Virus record (IMG/VR): IMGVR_UViG_3300028844_003248
Location: 1,540 to 65,539 of that record
DNA: 64,000 bases
Source: a virus
Lineage: Duplodnaviria > Caudoviricetes
Reading direction: 5' to 3' (one strand)
The position numbers and the translations under genes are program-made. This document shows, in pieces, positions 1 to 8,468 of the stretch (its first letter is position 1; each line of letters opens with the position of its first letter). Below the pieces are notes generated by a model. That model was not told where the DNA came from, ran no database searches, and saw only the letters and a list, made by a program, of their open reading frames with translations.

Positions 1-1839
1 GTATTCTCTTTTGGGCGTATGAATCCGCCTACCATTGGTCATGAGAAATTGTTAGACGCTATGGCAAAAACTGCTGGTAGGAATCCTTACCGCATGTACT
101 TGTCTCAGTCTCAAGACCCCAAGAAAAATCCTCTTAGCTACAAAGATAAAGTTAAGATTGCTCGTAAGATGTTTCCACGTCATGCGAGGAGTATTCTCAA
201 AGCCGACAAGGTTAAGAATCTGTGGCATGTTGTTACCTCTCTATATGACGAAGGTTATCGCAATGTAGTTATGGTTGTCGGATCAGATAGAGTAACCCAG
301 TTTGATATTCTTCTCAACAAATACAACGGTAAAAAAGGCACCCATGGGTTCTATAACTTCATGGATATTAAAGTTGTGTCTGCTGGAGAAAGAGATCCAG
401 ATGCCGAAGGTGCCTCTGGCATGTCTGCATCTAAGATGAGAGCCGCTGCATCTGAAAACGATTTTTCAAAGTTTTCTCTCGGTATTCCAAAAGCAGTAAG
501 CAACGCAGAATCTAAAAAGATTTTTAACATGGTTCGTAAAGGCATGGGTCTTAAAGAACAGACTGATTTTAAGAGACATATTCAGCTAGATCCAGTATCT
601 GATATGCGTGAGGCATACGTGGATGGATCACTATACTCAGTTGGCGATCAAGTTATTATCAAAGAAAATGAAGAAGTTGGTGTAGTAGCACAATGTGCAT
701 CGAACTATCTTATTATCGAACAACAAGACGGAAAGCGTGTCCGTAAATGGCTTGATGCCGTTGAGCCTGTTGAAGAGAAGGTAAGTCCATCACAAATCAC
801 TGGCTTGGAACGATTCGCTGATAAGCTTCTTGGTAAGTATGGTATCGATGTTGAGTTTACACGTCACTTTGCAGATAGAATGAATGATGCCAGAAACAAC
901 CCAGATATTAAGGTTGCTGAACTGCAGAAGTTTTTCAAGAAGGTCCATAAAGCCAAGGGCAATAAGATCAAGTCAATCGAAGATATGCAAGCTGTTTTGA
1001 AGGATCTTCCTACTGATTTGAATATGCCTGTTGTGATTAGACCAAAAGGTAATGATGACATTCAGATCACACTCAAGACCATCATGCGTAAAAAAGATTT
1101 CAAAACTCCTAATACTATCGTCAAATACGAATCGAGAAACGAGGGTCTTTGGGACAACATCCGTGCCAAGAGAGCACGTGGTGAGAAGATGCGTAAGAAG
1201 GGTGAGAAGGGTGCGCCCACTGCTGATCAGATAGCAAGAGCACAAGAGGCTACTGAAGAAAGAGATTACAAAAAAGAGTACGAGAACTACCAAGGGAAAC
1301 CAGAACAAATTGAAAGACGTTCTTCTCGTAACAAGGCTCGTAGAGCAATGACCGCTCTGAAGGGCAGTAAAGCGGTTAAGGGTAAAGATATCGGACATAA
1401 GGATAACAATCCTATGAACAATGACCCTAGTAATCTGAGAACCGAAGATCCATCAGAGAATCGTAGAGAGCCAAGACTCAGAAACGAAGCTGCACAAGAT
1501 CCTGATATCAAGGATAAAAAAGGCACACAGCCAGCGAAGTATTACTCTGGTCTGGGTAAGTCAACTAAGTCGGCACGTGACGCACACTTTAAGAAGTATG
1601 GTAAAAAAAGTGATAGTAGCAATTCTTCATATAAACCAGCACCAGGAGATGCCGACGCCAAGACCAAGCCAAGTAAGCATACTCTTAGGTTCAAGCAAAT
1701 GTTTGGTGAAAGCGAAGCACAAGATAGAGCAAAAGATCGTATTGAAAGAGAAAAGAAAGCAGATGCAGTGCGCCATGATCGTATGTTAGATCGTGCTAGA
1801 TTAAAAGATACTAGAACAAAAAACAAGGAAACAGAATAA
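1..1839 (+). CDS. Cytidyltransferase-like (HxGH nucleotidyltransferase) N-terminal domain fused to Lys-rich modules including an HNH-like module; 5' end lies outside the window
   Basis: Frame is open from base 1: VFSFGRMNPPTIGH; VVGSDR and MSASKMR motifs typical of T4-like phage cytidyltransferases; DIGHKDNNPMNNDPSNL near 1381-1440. Confidence 0.8.
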   Translation, partial: VFSFGRMNPPTIGHEKLLDAMAKTAGRNPYRMYLSQSQDPKKNPLSYKDKVKIARKMFPRHARSILKADKVKNLWHVVTSLYDEGYRNVVMVVGSDRVTQFDILLNKYNGKKGTHGFYNFMDIKVVSAGERDPDAEGASGMSASKMRAAASENDFSKFSLGIPKAVSNAESKKIFNMVRKGMGLKEQTDFKRHIQLDPVSDMREAYVDGSLYSVGDQVIIKENEEVGVVAQCASNYLIIEQQDGKRVRKWLDAVEPVEEKVSPSQITGLERFADKLLGKYGIDVEFTRHFADRMNDARNNPDIKVAELQKFFKKVHKAKGNKIKSIEDMQAVLKDLPTDLNMPVVIRPKGNDDIQITLKTIMRKKDFKTPNTIVKYESRNEGLWDNIRAKRARGEKMRKKGEKGAPTADQIARAQEATEERDYKKEYENYQGKPEQIERRSSRNKARRAMTALKGSKAVKGKDIGHKDNNPMNNDPSNLRTEDPSENRREPRLRNEAAQDPDIKDKKGTQPAKYYSGLGKSTKSARDAHFKKYGKKSDSSNSSYKPAPGDADAKTKPSKHTLRFKQMFGESEAQDRAKDRIEREKKADAVRHDRMLDRARLKDTRTKNKETE

Positions 1840-2102
1840 TGCAATTTAAACCAATCGGCGCTGTAATCACTTTAGACAGTGCATCAGGCAATCACATAAA
1901 CAGTGCTAAATCGGTTTATGTTTCAGCAACCGCTGACGCCACTCTCACCCTAAAAGATTCAGCAGGACCAAACGGAACAGTTATTGGCAGTCTACAGATG
2001 CACGAGAACAGTTCCATCATCATTAATAAAAAACCTATCGAAGGCTTATTCTCAACTGGAACTGCTTCTAAGGCGACTAAAATTTCATATCCAAGAGGCT
2101 AA
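1839..2102 (+). CDS. hypothetical protein
   Basis: 87 aa ORF coupled to the upstream gene (TAATG). Confidence 0.7.
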   Translation: MQFKPIGAVITLDSASGNHINSAKSVYVSATADATLTLKDSAGPNGTVIGSLQMHENSSIIINKKPIEGLFSTGTASKATKISYPRG

Positions 2103-2103
2103 C

Positions 2104-2487
2104 ATGATTCGTTTTAAGCAGTACATCACAGAAGATCCTTCAAAAGGTCTCAAAGCAAAAGCTGAGAAATCTGGTATGCCTGTTGGTATTCTGAGAAAAG
2201 TTTACAACCGTGGTGTAGCTGCTTGGAAAACTGGTCACCGTCCAGGGACAACTCCTCAACAGTGGGGCATGGCAAGAGTGAACTCTTTTGTAACCAAGTC
2301 TTCTGGGACATGGGGTAAAGCAGACTCAGATCTTGCTTCTAAGGTACGTAAAGAAGATGTAGAAACAACTTTTGCTGCTAGAAAATCAGAAAAAGTTACT
2401 GGACCAGACGGTAAAGTAAAAATAAGAATGGTTCCTGTGGAAAAAGATGTTATTAAAAAAGACAATACACCAAAGGGTAGCAAGTAA
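2104..2487 (+). CDS. putative internal head protein (DUF5824-like module)
   Basis: ATG at 2104; N-terminus MIRFKQYITE resembles the T4 capsid-targeting sequence; RGVAAWKTGHRPG..QQWGMARVNSF motif; family name recalled, not searched. Confidence 0.6.
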   Translation: MIRFKQYITEDPSKGLKAKAEKSGMPVGILRKVYNRGVAAWKTGHRPGTTPQQWGMARVNSFVTKSSGTWGKADSDLASKVRKEDVETTFAARKSEKVTGPDGKVKIRMVPVEKDVIKKDNTPKGSK

Positions 2488-3965
2488 TGCCACTTAAACC
2501 ATCAGACGGTGCGAAAGCATATGTAAAAGATTTTAAAAAATCAAAGGCACCTCAGTTTAAAGGCAAGTCTGATAAAAAGAAACAACAGATGGCTATAGCA
2601 GCATATCTAGACGACAAAGATGATCAAAAGGAAAGCACAATGGAAAAGTTCAAAGCACACATGATGTATGACCCTAAAACAGGCAAGGGTTACAAAGCAG
2701 AAAAAGAAGCCGATCATCTTCGTATGAAGAAAATGGGCTATAGTCATGATAAACCAGAACCTGTTGAAGAAGCAAAGAGTGGTACAGGCTATGAACTATA
2801 CCACAAAGACTTTTCTAGTGCGATGAAGCATGCGTATAAACACGCCAAAGACAAACTCAAGATTGAGATTGATCCAGAAGAAATCGACAAAAAAGTAGCA
2901 TCAGGCCCACGTAAACCATCTAGTGGTAAAACTAACTCCTACCGTCTGACTGACAAGTCTGGTAAGAAGGGTGTTCAGATCCAAGTTGCAAATCTCGACA
3001 ACAAGAGATACGAACTCAATATGTACAAAGAAAGTTTGGATGCTGCAGTCGAACTTGATGAAACAAAGAATACTAAAAAACTTATGAAAAATAAGTCTAT
3101 TGTAGATTATGTGAGAAAACAACAAGAAAAAAATAGAAAAGCCGTTGCAAAGCCTGGAGGACATAAAAAAGTTGGTGCATATGGTAATGAACCAAGATTT
3201 AATAGTGGTCCTGATTTCACGGACATGGTAGCAGATGCGATAGGACTGAGTAGTATGAGTCTTAGTAAAAGGAAAGCATTTGATCCTGAAGCTGAGTATG
3301 AAGCGATAGCAAGAAAACTTGGTCTTCATAAGTTTGAACCTAAACTAGAAGAAAACTTGGATGAGAGTACACTGTACGAGAACAAATCTCTCAAAACACT
3401 CGTATCCATGGGTATGCTATCCAAACCAAATATGGCAAAAGTTGATAGAGCCATGCGTGGCTTGAAAGACCCTGATGGTAAAGCACTAACATCTCTTGTA
3501 GATGATCTTGTCAAGGTTCTTTCTGGTGGAGAAATGAAAGAAGCAGTTGAACTTGATGAAAAGTTCCGATCAGCAAGACCTTCTAGTAAAGAAGTTAAAA
3601 TGGCAATCGGTATTGCAAATGACCCTCGTTACAAAGGTGGTAATATGACAGGCGCTGTAAAGGCGATTGAAAAAATAAGAGATGGGTTATCAAAATATCG
3701 AGACGTTGCGGCTGCTTTACAAAAAGCAAATGAAAATCTTGAAGAAGCACCTCGTAGAAAACGCCCACCTAAAATGAGTGGTGATTCTATTGCTATTCAA
3801 CGTGCAAAAGATGCAGAACTCAATAAAGCTTTGGGCCGCACTAAGACTGGACGTAAAAAACCTCAACGTACAATGACCTCTACACAACGTTCTCTGGCGT
3901 CTATCCAGAGAAGAGAACAGCTAGAATTTATTAGATCAAGAATGAGAGATCGTCATGGTAGCTAA
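2487..3965 (+). CDS. Lys-rich modular protein, putative internal head polyprotein
   Basis: 492 aa ORF; basic modules separated by VEE/LDE/LEE/MKE motifs. Confidence 0.6.
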   Translation: MPLKPSDGAKAYVKDFKKSKAPQFKGKSDKKKQQMAIAAYLDDKDDQKESTMEKFKAHMMYDPKTGKGYKAEKEADHLRMKKMGYSHDKPEPVEEAKSGTGYELYHKDFSSAMKHAYKHAKDKLKIEIDPEEIDKKVASGPRKPSSGKTNSYRLTDKSGKKGVQIQVANLDNKRYELNMYKESLDAAVELDETKNTKKLMKNKSIVDYVRKQQEKNRKAVAKPGGHKKVGAYGNEPRFNSGPDFTDMVADAIGLSSMSLSKRKAFDPEAEYEAIARKLGLHKFEPKLEENLDESTLYENKSLKTLVSMGMLSKPNMAKVDRAMRGLKDPDGKALTSLVDDLVKVLSGGEMKEAVELDEKFRSARPSSKEVKMAIGIANDPRYKGGNMTGAVKAIEKIRDGLSKYRDVAAALQKANENLEEAPRRKRPPKMSGDSIAIQRAKDAELNKALGRTKTGRKKPQRTMTSTQRSLASIQRREQLEFIRSRMRDRHGS

Positions 3966-4233
3966 AGATGAAGGACGTTTGGATAGAATAGAACAAAAAA
4001 TTGACAAGATGTCTGAAGCTATCATTCAGATGGCTCGACTTGAAGCGAAGATAGATAACTACGAGATCTATAGAGAAGAATCGTGGAAAAGAATGAACAA
4101 GTTTTCCGAGAAGCTAGATAGCATCGAGAAAACAGTAGATGATAACCACAGAACAGTTTCTACCATAAATAAACTATTCTGGGTAGTAATAATAGCAGCA
4201 GCAGGTGCTATAGCAACAAATTTATGGATGTAA
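3955..4233 (+). CDS. coiled-coil protein with C-terminal TM helix (holin/XhlA-like candidate)
   Basis: Heptad-like N-terminus followed by LFWVVIIAAAGAIA. Confidence 0.5.
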   Translation: MVAKDEGRLDRIEQKIDKMSEAIIQMARLEAKIDNYEIYREESWKRMNKFSEKLDSIEKTVDDNHRTVSTINKLFWVVIIAAAGAIATNLWM

Positions 4234-4246
4234 GAGGACAACCAAA

Positions 4247-5020
4247 ATGAAAACACAAGATATTAAAAATATTGCACTTGCTCTGAAAGATATCAGAGAA
4301 GGCGCAATGAAACGTGGCAAAGATCTGGATACGTACAGAAAAGAACCCCCAAAAAAAGAAGACAACAGCAATGATGTCTCTGATGATGGTGAGGGTCTGG
4401 ACAAGGTACAGCCGAAAGCTGTAAAGAAGAAGTTCAAGGATCGTAAAGACAAAGATATCGACAACGATGGTGATGTTGATTCTTCTGACAAGTTCTTGCA
4501 CAAACGTCGTAAGGCTGTGAGTAAGGCTATTGCTTCTAAGAAAAAACCGAGTGCAGAAAAAGATGCAGATGTTGAAGTGCAAGAAGCAAAGTTAATGTCA
4601 CGTGATGACGTGGCAAAAATGGTTGCTAAGAAATTAGGTAACCCGACAAAACAGGACAGATATGACACAATTGCAGCGATTAAATCTGTTCTGAACAAAT
4701 CACCAAATCAAAAAAGCCTTGCTACTGATAGAGAATTTATTGATGACGTTCTGGATACTCTATTTAAGAAATATAAATTTAGAGAAATGAAAGAAGCTGC
4801 AACACAGAAACCAAACAATGGTGCAGATGCAGAAGACGGTCTCTCACCAAATGGTAAAAAGATGATGGCTATGAAAACTGATGCTCCAGAAGGCGCTGAT
4901 ATCACAAAGGTTGCACCTAAGACTTTTGCTGCTATGAGAGCATCTGGCAAGAAAGCGGCAATGCGTAATAATGACAACCCACAAGGTGATAAAACACCTC
5001 CTAAAAATGATGGTAAATAA
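4247..5020 (+). CDS. conserved T4-like hypothetical, putative internal head protein
   Basis: DKDIDNDGDVDSSDKFLHKRRKA motif (EF-hand-like DxDxDG); GAGGA RBS. Confidence 0.65.
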   Translation: MKTQDIKNIALALKDIREGAMKRGKDLDTYRKEPPKKEDNSNDVSDDGEGLDKVQPKAVKKKFKDRKDKDIDNDGDVDSSDKFLHKRRKAVSKAIASKKKPSAEKDADVEVQEAKLMSRDDVAKMVAKKLGNPTKQDRYDTIAAIKSVLNKSPNQKSLATDREFIDDVLDTLFKKYKFREMKEAATQKPNNGADAEDGLSPNGKKMMAMKTDAPEGADITKVAPKTFAAMRASGKKAAMRNNDNPQGDKTPPKNDGK

Positions 5021-5160
5021 TGACAGATAAAACCTTTCTGACAGAAGAAAATCCAGATAAGTCCATCCCAGATATGATGGACCCAAACTGGTGTGAAGAA
5101 TGTGGCAAGGTGTGCGAATGTGCTCCAGGTGAATGTGAGTGTAACAAGAAAGAACATTAA
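5020..5160 (+). CDS. small Cys-rich metallothionein-like peptide (46 aa, absent from the ORF track)
   Basis: MTDKTFLTEENPDKSIPDMMDPNWCEECGKVCECAPGECECNKKEH; fills the gap exactly, with TAATG coupling at both ends. Confidence 0.7.
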   Translation: MTDKTFLTEENPDKSIPDMMDPNWCEECGKVCECAPGECECNKKEH

Positions 5161-5522
5161 TGAATGAAGATTTAGACGGTGATCTAATAATCTTTGCAGC
5201 AAAACATTATTATAAACCGTCTGGTCATGTTGATCCAGAAGAATTTTATGATGATATGAAAAGATTTAAATATGTGAAGCGGTTACTCAATCGCTACTTA
5301 GAAACTGGAATAGTGAGTGAGAGACTACTACTCAATCACTTCATTGTATTATTTAATGTGTTTGGGAACTATGCTGCACTCAAACTAATTGTGAACAAAC
5401 TGGATAAGAAACATTTACCTGCAGTAAAATCGTTTATGCTATTTCTACATCAACTGGCACCAAACCAGATGGTAGATATTAAAACAGATGAAAACGTAAT
5501 AGAGGTATTAAGGAAAATATAA
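5160..5522 (+). CDS. conserved T4-like phage hypothetical protein
   Basis: AAKHYY..EEFYDDMKRFKYVKRLL..ERLLLNH pattern seen in T4-like phages. Confidence 0.75.
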   Translation: MNEDLDGDLIIFAAKHYYKPSGHVDPEEFYDDMKRFKYVKRLLNRYLETGIVSERLLLNHFIVLFNVFGNYAALKLIVNKLDKKHLPAVKSFMLFLHQLAPNQMVDIKTDENVIEVLRKI

Positions 5523-6103
5523 TGGGCATTCTAAAGACAGCCGCTGATACAGTCTATACGTTCAGATTTCTGGCGTTGCTAGTCACGCCATTTGAAAAGA
5601 CTAAAGCATTTGAAGCTGGTATCATTGATGAAAAAGGTAAAAAGAATAAAAACTACCAACTTAACACTGTTGATAGCAGAGAAGCATATAGAAACTACTA
5701 CACCAAGTTTCATAGGCTTGTGTTTAATATTAAGAAGTTGATCCCAGCAGGACGACTTGGGACATATGCTGCAGCATTATACCTTTTAAAGGACCACTAT
5801 TCTGTTCCAGAGATTGCTATCAGAAAAGGTTTGAAAAGTGTTGGGGCTACACCAGACGAATATTTGATAGAAGAAAATGAATGGTTTTTGTTAGAAGATG
5901 GTGCCATATCTCCAGGTGTATACCGAGTAAAGGGAGAGAAGGCTCTAAACCTCACAGGTGATAATGTTGTGAGGTCGAGAGATCAGATCCGAATAGGAGA
6001 AGATAGTTTTCCAGTTGGAGATCTTTTTGGTATAAATATATACGAAGCAACGCATATAAAAACAAATCAAAAGATTTACGTTACCACTCAGGAGTTAACA
6101 TGA
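5522..6103 (+). CDS. conserved T4-like phage hypothetical protein
   Basis: ADTVYTFRFLALLVTPFEKTKAFEAGIIDEKG N-terminus. Confidence 0.75.
   Translation: MGILKTAADTVYTFRFLALLVTPFEKTKAFEAGIIDEKGKKNKNYQLNTVDSREAYRNYYTKFHRLVFNIKKLIPAGRLGTYAAALYLLKDHYSVPEIAIRKGLKSVGATPDEYLIEENEWFLLEDGAISPGVYRVKGEKALNLTGDNVVRSRDQIRIGEDSFPVGDLFGINIYEATHIKTNQKIYVTTQELT
6031..6038 (+). promoter_or_regulatory. T4-type late promoter (gp55 -10 box)
   Basis: TATAAATA about 60 nt upstream of the ORF at 6100. Confidence 0.55.
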
Positions 6104-6717
6104 AGACCTTTTTTGAAATCCGTGAAAATATGGCGATGAAGATGAAACTCATCAACAAGATGAAGAAAGCATCACCAGCGGCTAAGAAGGCATTAGAAGC
6201 GCCGTCACGTGTAGACAAGAAAAAAGAATCCGTTGAAGAAAACTTGGATGAGATTACTGTCAAAGATGTAGCCAACCAAGTTATGATGAAGACCAAAGCA
6301 GATGCGGCACGAAAGCGCCGAGGCAGAAACATTGATCAACTTAAAACAGGTCTTGATAGACTAAAAAAAGGTCTGAAAAAACAAATGGACCCTATCAAAA
6401 CACCTATCAAGACACGTCTCAACGCCTACACCGAAGAGAAAGATCCGAGGTTGAAATCTGCTGGAGTATCAGGCTTTAACAAACCAAAGAGAACTCCAAG
6501 TCATCCTAAAAAATCTCATATCGTGGTAGCCAAAGAAGGTGACAAAATCAAAACTATTCGTTTTGGTGAGCAAGGAGCATCAACCGCTGGAGACCCTAAG
6601 AAGGGAGAAAGCGATAAGATGAAAAAGAAAAGAGCATCATTCAAAGCAAGACATGCCAAGAATATCGCCAAAGGCAAAATGTCTGCGGCATATTGGGCTA
6701 ATAAGGAAAAATGGTAA
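6100..6717 (+). CDS. putative internal head protein with basic C-terminal viral domain
   Basis: MKTFFEIRE N-terminus; C-terminal IRFG..RASFKARH..SAAYWANKEKW motif. Confidence 0.65.
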   Translation: MKTFFEIRENMAMKMKLINKMKKASPAAKKALEAPSRVDKKKESVEENLDEITVKDVANQVMMKTKADAARKRRGRNIDQLKTGLDRLKKGLKKQMDPIKTPIKTRLNAYTEEKDPRLKSAGVSGFNKPKRTPSHPKKSHIVVAKEGDKIKTIRFGEQGASTAGDPKKGESDKMKKKRASFKARHAKNIAKGKMSAAYWANKEKW

Positions 6718-6718
6718 A

Positions 6719-7567
6719 ATGACAGATCAAATTCAAGAGGGTCTCAATGATCCAGCAATCTTCAAGGCAGTATTTCTAGCTGGTGGTCCTGGCTCTGGTA
6801 AATCATTTATTGTGGGTAAGACTGCACTGACTTCATTTGGTATGAAGTTGGTCAACTCAGACAACGCATTTGAAAAAGGTCTGAGAGATGCTGGTCTCAG
6901 CATGAAAGATTTGTTTAATCCAAAAGCACAAGATGTCAGAGCCAAAGCATCTGCACTCACCAAGAAAAAAATGGGTGGCTTTGTTGAAGGACGCCTTGGT
7001 CTTATCATCGATGGTACTGGTAAAGATGCAGAGAAGATTAAAAAGCAGATGGAAGCCTTAGAAATGATTGGCTATGAGACTGCCATGATTTTTGTCAACA
7101 CTGATCTAGAAACTGCTCTTAAAAGAAATAAAATGAGAGCACGAAGCTTGCCAGATGCTCAAGTAGAAAAAATGTGGAAGGGTGTTCAAAACAACCTTGG
7201 TGCGTTTCAGCGTATGTTCAGAGGCAATATGTATATCATCGATAACTCAGAAGGTCAGAACTTTGAAACTGCGGCTATGAGCACTTATAAAAAGATTGGC
7301 GCTTGGTCTAAAAAACTTCCAAACAATAAAGCAACTTCTGCTTGGATGAAAGCAGAGAAAGCCAAAAGAGGCATCAAAGAAGAGAATGCTGCAGCACCAG
7401 CAATGAACACTGGATCTATTCCTAACCCTGCTGTTACGGCAATGGGACCACGTAAGAAGAAAAAAGGTGATGCATATAATCCTATGCACGTAACGGATCG
7501 TAGACACAGGAATGGAAAGACTGTGTTAATTTCACGATTCAGAAACTATATGAAAAAAGATGGCTAA
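6719..7567 (+). CDS. P-loop kinase (zeta-toxin/AAA_33-like)
   Basis: Walker A AGGPGSGKS; VNSD; IIDGTG; ALKRNKMRARS. Confidence 0.8.
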   Translation: MTDQIQEGLNDPAIFKAVFLAGGPGSGKSFIVGKTALTSFGMKLVNSDNAFEKGLRDAGLSMKDLFNPKAQDVRAKASALTKKKMGGFVEGRLGLIIDGTGKDAEKIKKQMEALEMIGYETAMIFVNTDLETALKRNKMRARSLPDAQVEKMWKGVQNNLGAFQRMFRGNMYIIDNSEGQNFETAAMSTYKKIGAWSKKLPNNKATSAWMKAEKAKRGIKEENAAAPAMNTGSIPNPAVTAMGPRKKKKGDAYNPMHVTDRRHRNGKTVLISRFRNYMKKDG

Positions 7568-8075
7568 ACTATACTTGATGATCATTGTCCTAGGTATCCT
7601 AGGAAGCGCAGGGTATGGTGCCTATGCATATTATACTAGCACACAAGCTACTATTGCTACGTTGAGAGAGAACAACGCAAAGCTTGAAGTTGCGCTTGAG
7701 ACTGCTACAGAGAGTCTCGCTGTTATGGAAGCTACTGTAGAAAAAACAAATAAACTAAACAAACAACTCCAAACTGATCTGCAAGCAGCGGAGGCTTATA
7801 GTGATGAACTACGATCTAAATTTTCAAGATTGAATCTGGTTCAAGAAGCACTCAGAGACAGTGAGATATTGGAAGGAAAGATGAATGGAGCAACGGCAAA
7901 CTTATGGCGTGAAATCATGGGGGAAAGTGGTAGCAGTGACGGTAGTAGCAGGCCTCTTCCTAGCTGGTTGCAGCGGCCTGACGAGGAAACCAGAGACGGA
8001 GATCAAAGTAGTAACGAAGATAGTTCCGACGACGATACCGACAGTAGCCCAGCCAAAACCAATACAGTTAAATGA
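7560..8075 (+). CDS. putative i-spanin (Rz-like)
   Basis: N-terminal TM helix, then coiled coil; overlaps the downstream lipoprotein gene. Confidence 0.6.
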   Translation: MAKLYLMIIVLGILGSAGYGAYAYYTSTQATIATLRENNAKLEVALETATESLAVMEATVEKTNKLNKQLQTDLQAAEAYSDELRSKFSRLNLVQEALRDSEILEGKMNGATANLWREIMGESGSSDGSSRPLPSWLQRPDEETRDGDQSSNEDSSDDDTDSSPAKTNTVK

Positions 8076-8304
8076 CACTCGTGTATGGGTAGTCACTGAA
8101 GATAACCTAGAAGAGTTCATTGCTGACTTTAAAGAACAATATGGTGAGGTAGCATTCGTTGCCTTGTCTATGCGTGACTATGAAAACCTAGCGTTGAACA
8201 TAGGTGACCTAAAAAGATATATAGGTCAACAGAAAGAAATCATTGTATATTACGAGAAAGCAGTAACGCCAGATCCGAAGGAAGAAGAACCAGCGGAACA
8301 GTGA
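7885..8304 (+). CDS. putative o-spanin lipoprotein (Rz1-like)
   Basis: Signal peptide with lipobox LAGC; Pro-rich segment; overlaps the i-spanin 3' end in another frame. Confidence 0.65.
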   Translation: MEQRQTYGVKSWGKVVAVTVVAGLFLAGCSGLTRKPETEIKVVTKIVPTTIPTVAQPKPIQLNDTRVWVVTEDNLEEFIADFKEQYGEVAFVALSMRDYENLALNIGDLKRYIGQQKEIIVYYEKAVTPDPKEEEPAEQ

Positions 8305-8338
8305 CTTAATGTAACATGTAGAAAAATATTTTTGTAAA

Positions 8339-8383
8339 ACACCACATTTAGTGCTTTACAAGAAACTCAAAGTAATATATAAT
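8339..8383 (+). promoter_or_regulatory. sigma70-like promoter of nrdJ with adjacent NrdR-box-like site
   Basis: TTTACA(8355)-17 bp-TATAAT(8378); ACACCACATTTAGTG at 8339-8353. Confidence 0.6.
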
Positions 8384-8468
8384 ACTACCAATCAGAAACA
8401 ACTAAACAAGAATCGTTACGCTTGGTAGCGGTTAACAAATCCTATACACATTTTTTTGGAGAGAACGT

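Noticed and set aside
8305-8468. Cobalamin riboswitch upstream of nrdJ
   Set aside because: The leader after the promoter is only about 80 nt and I see no B12-box consensus
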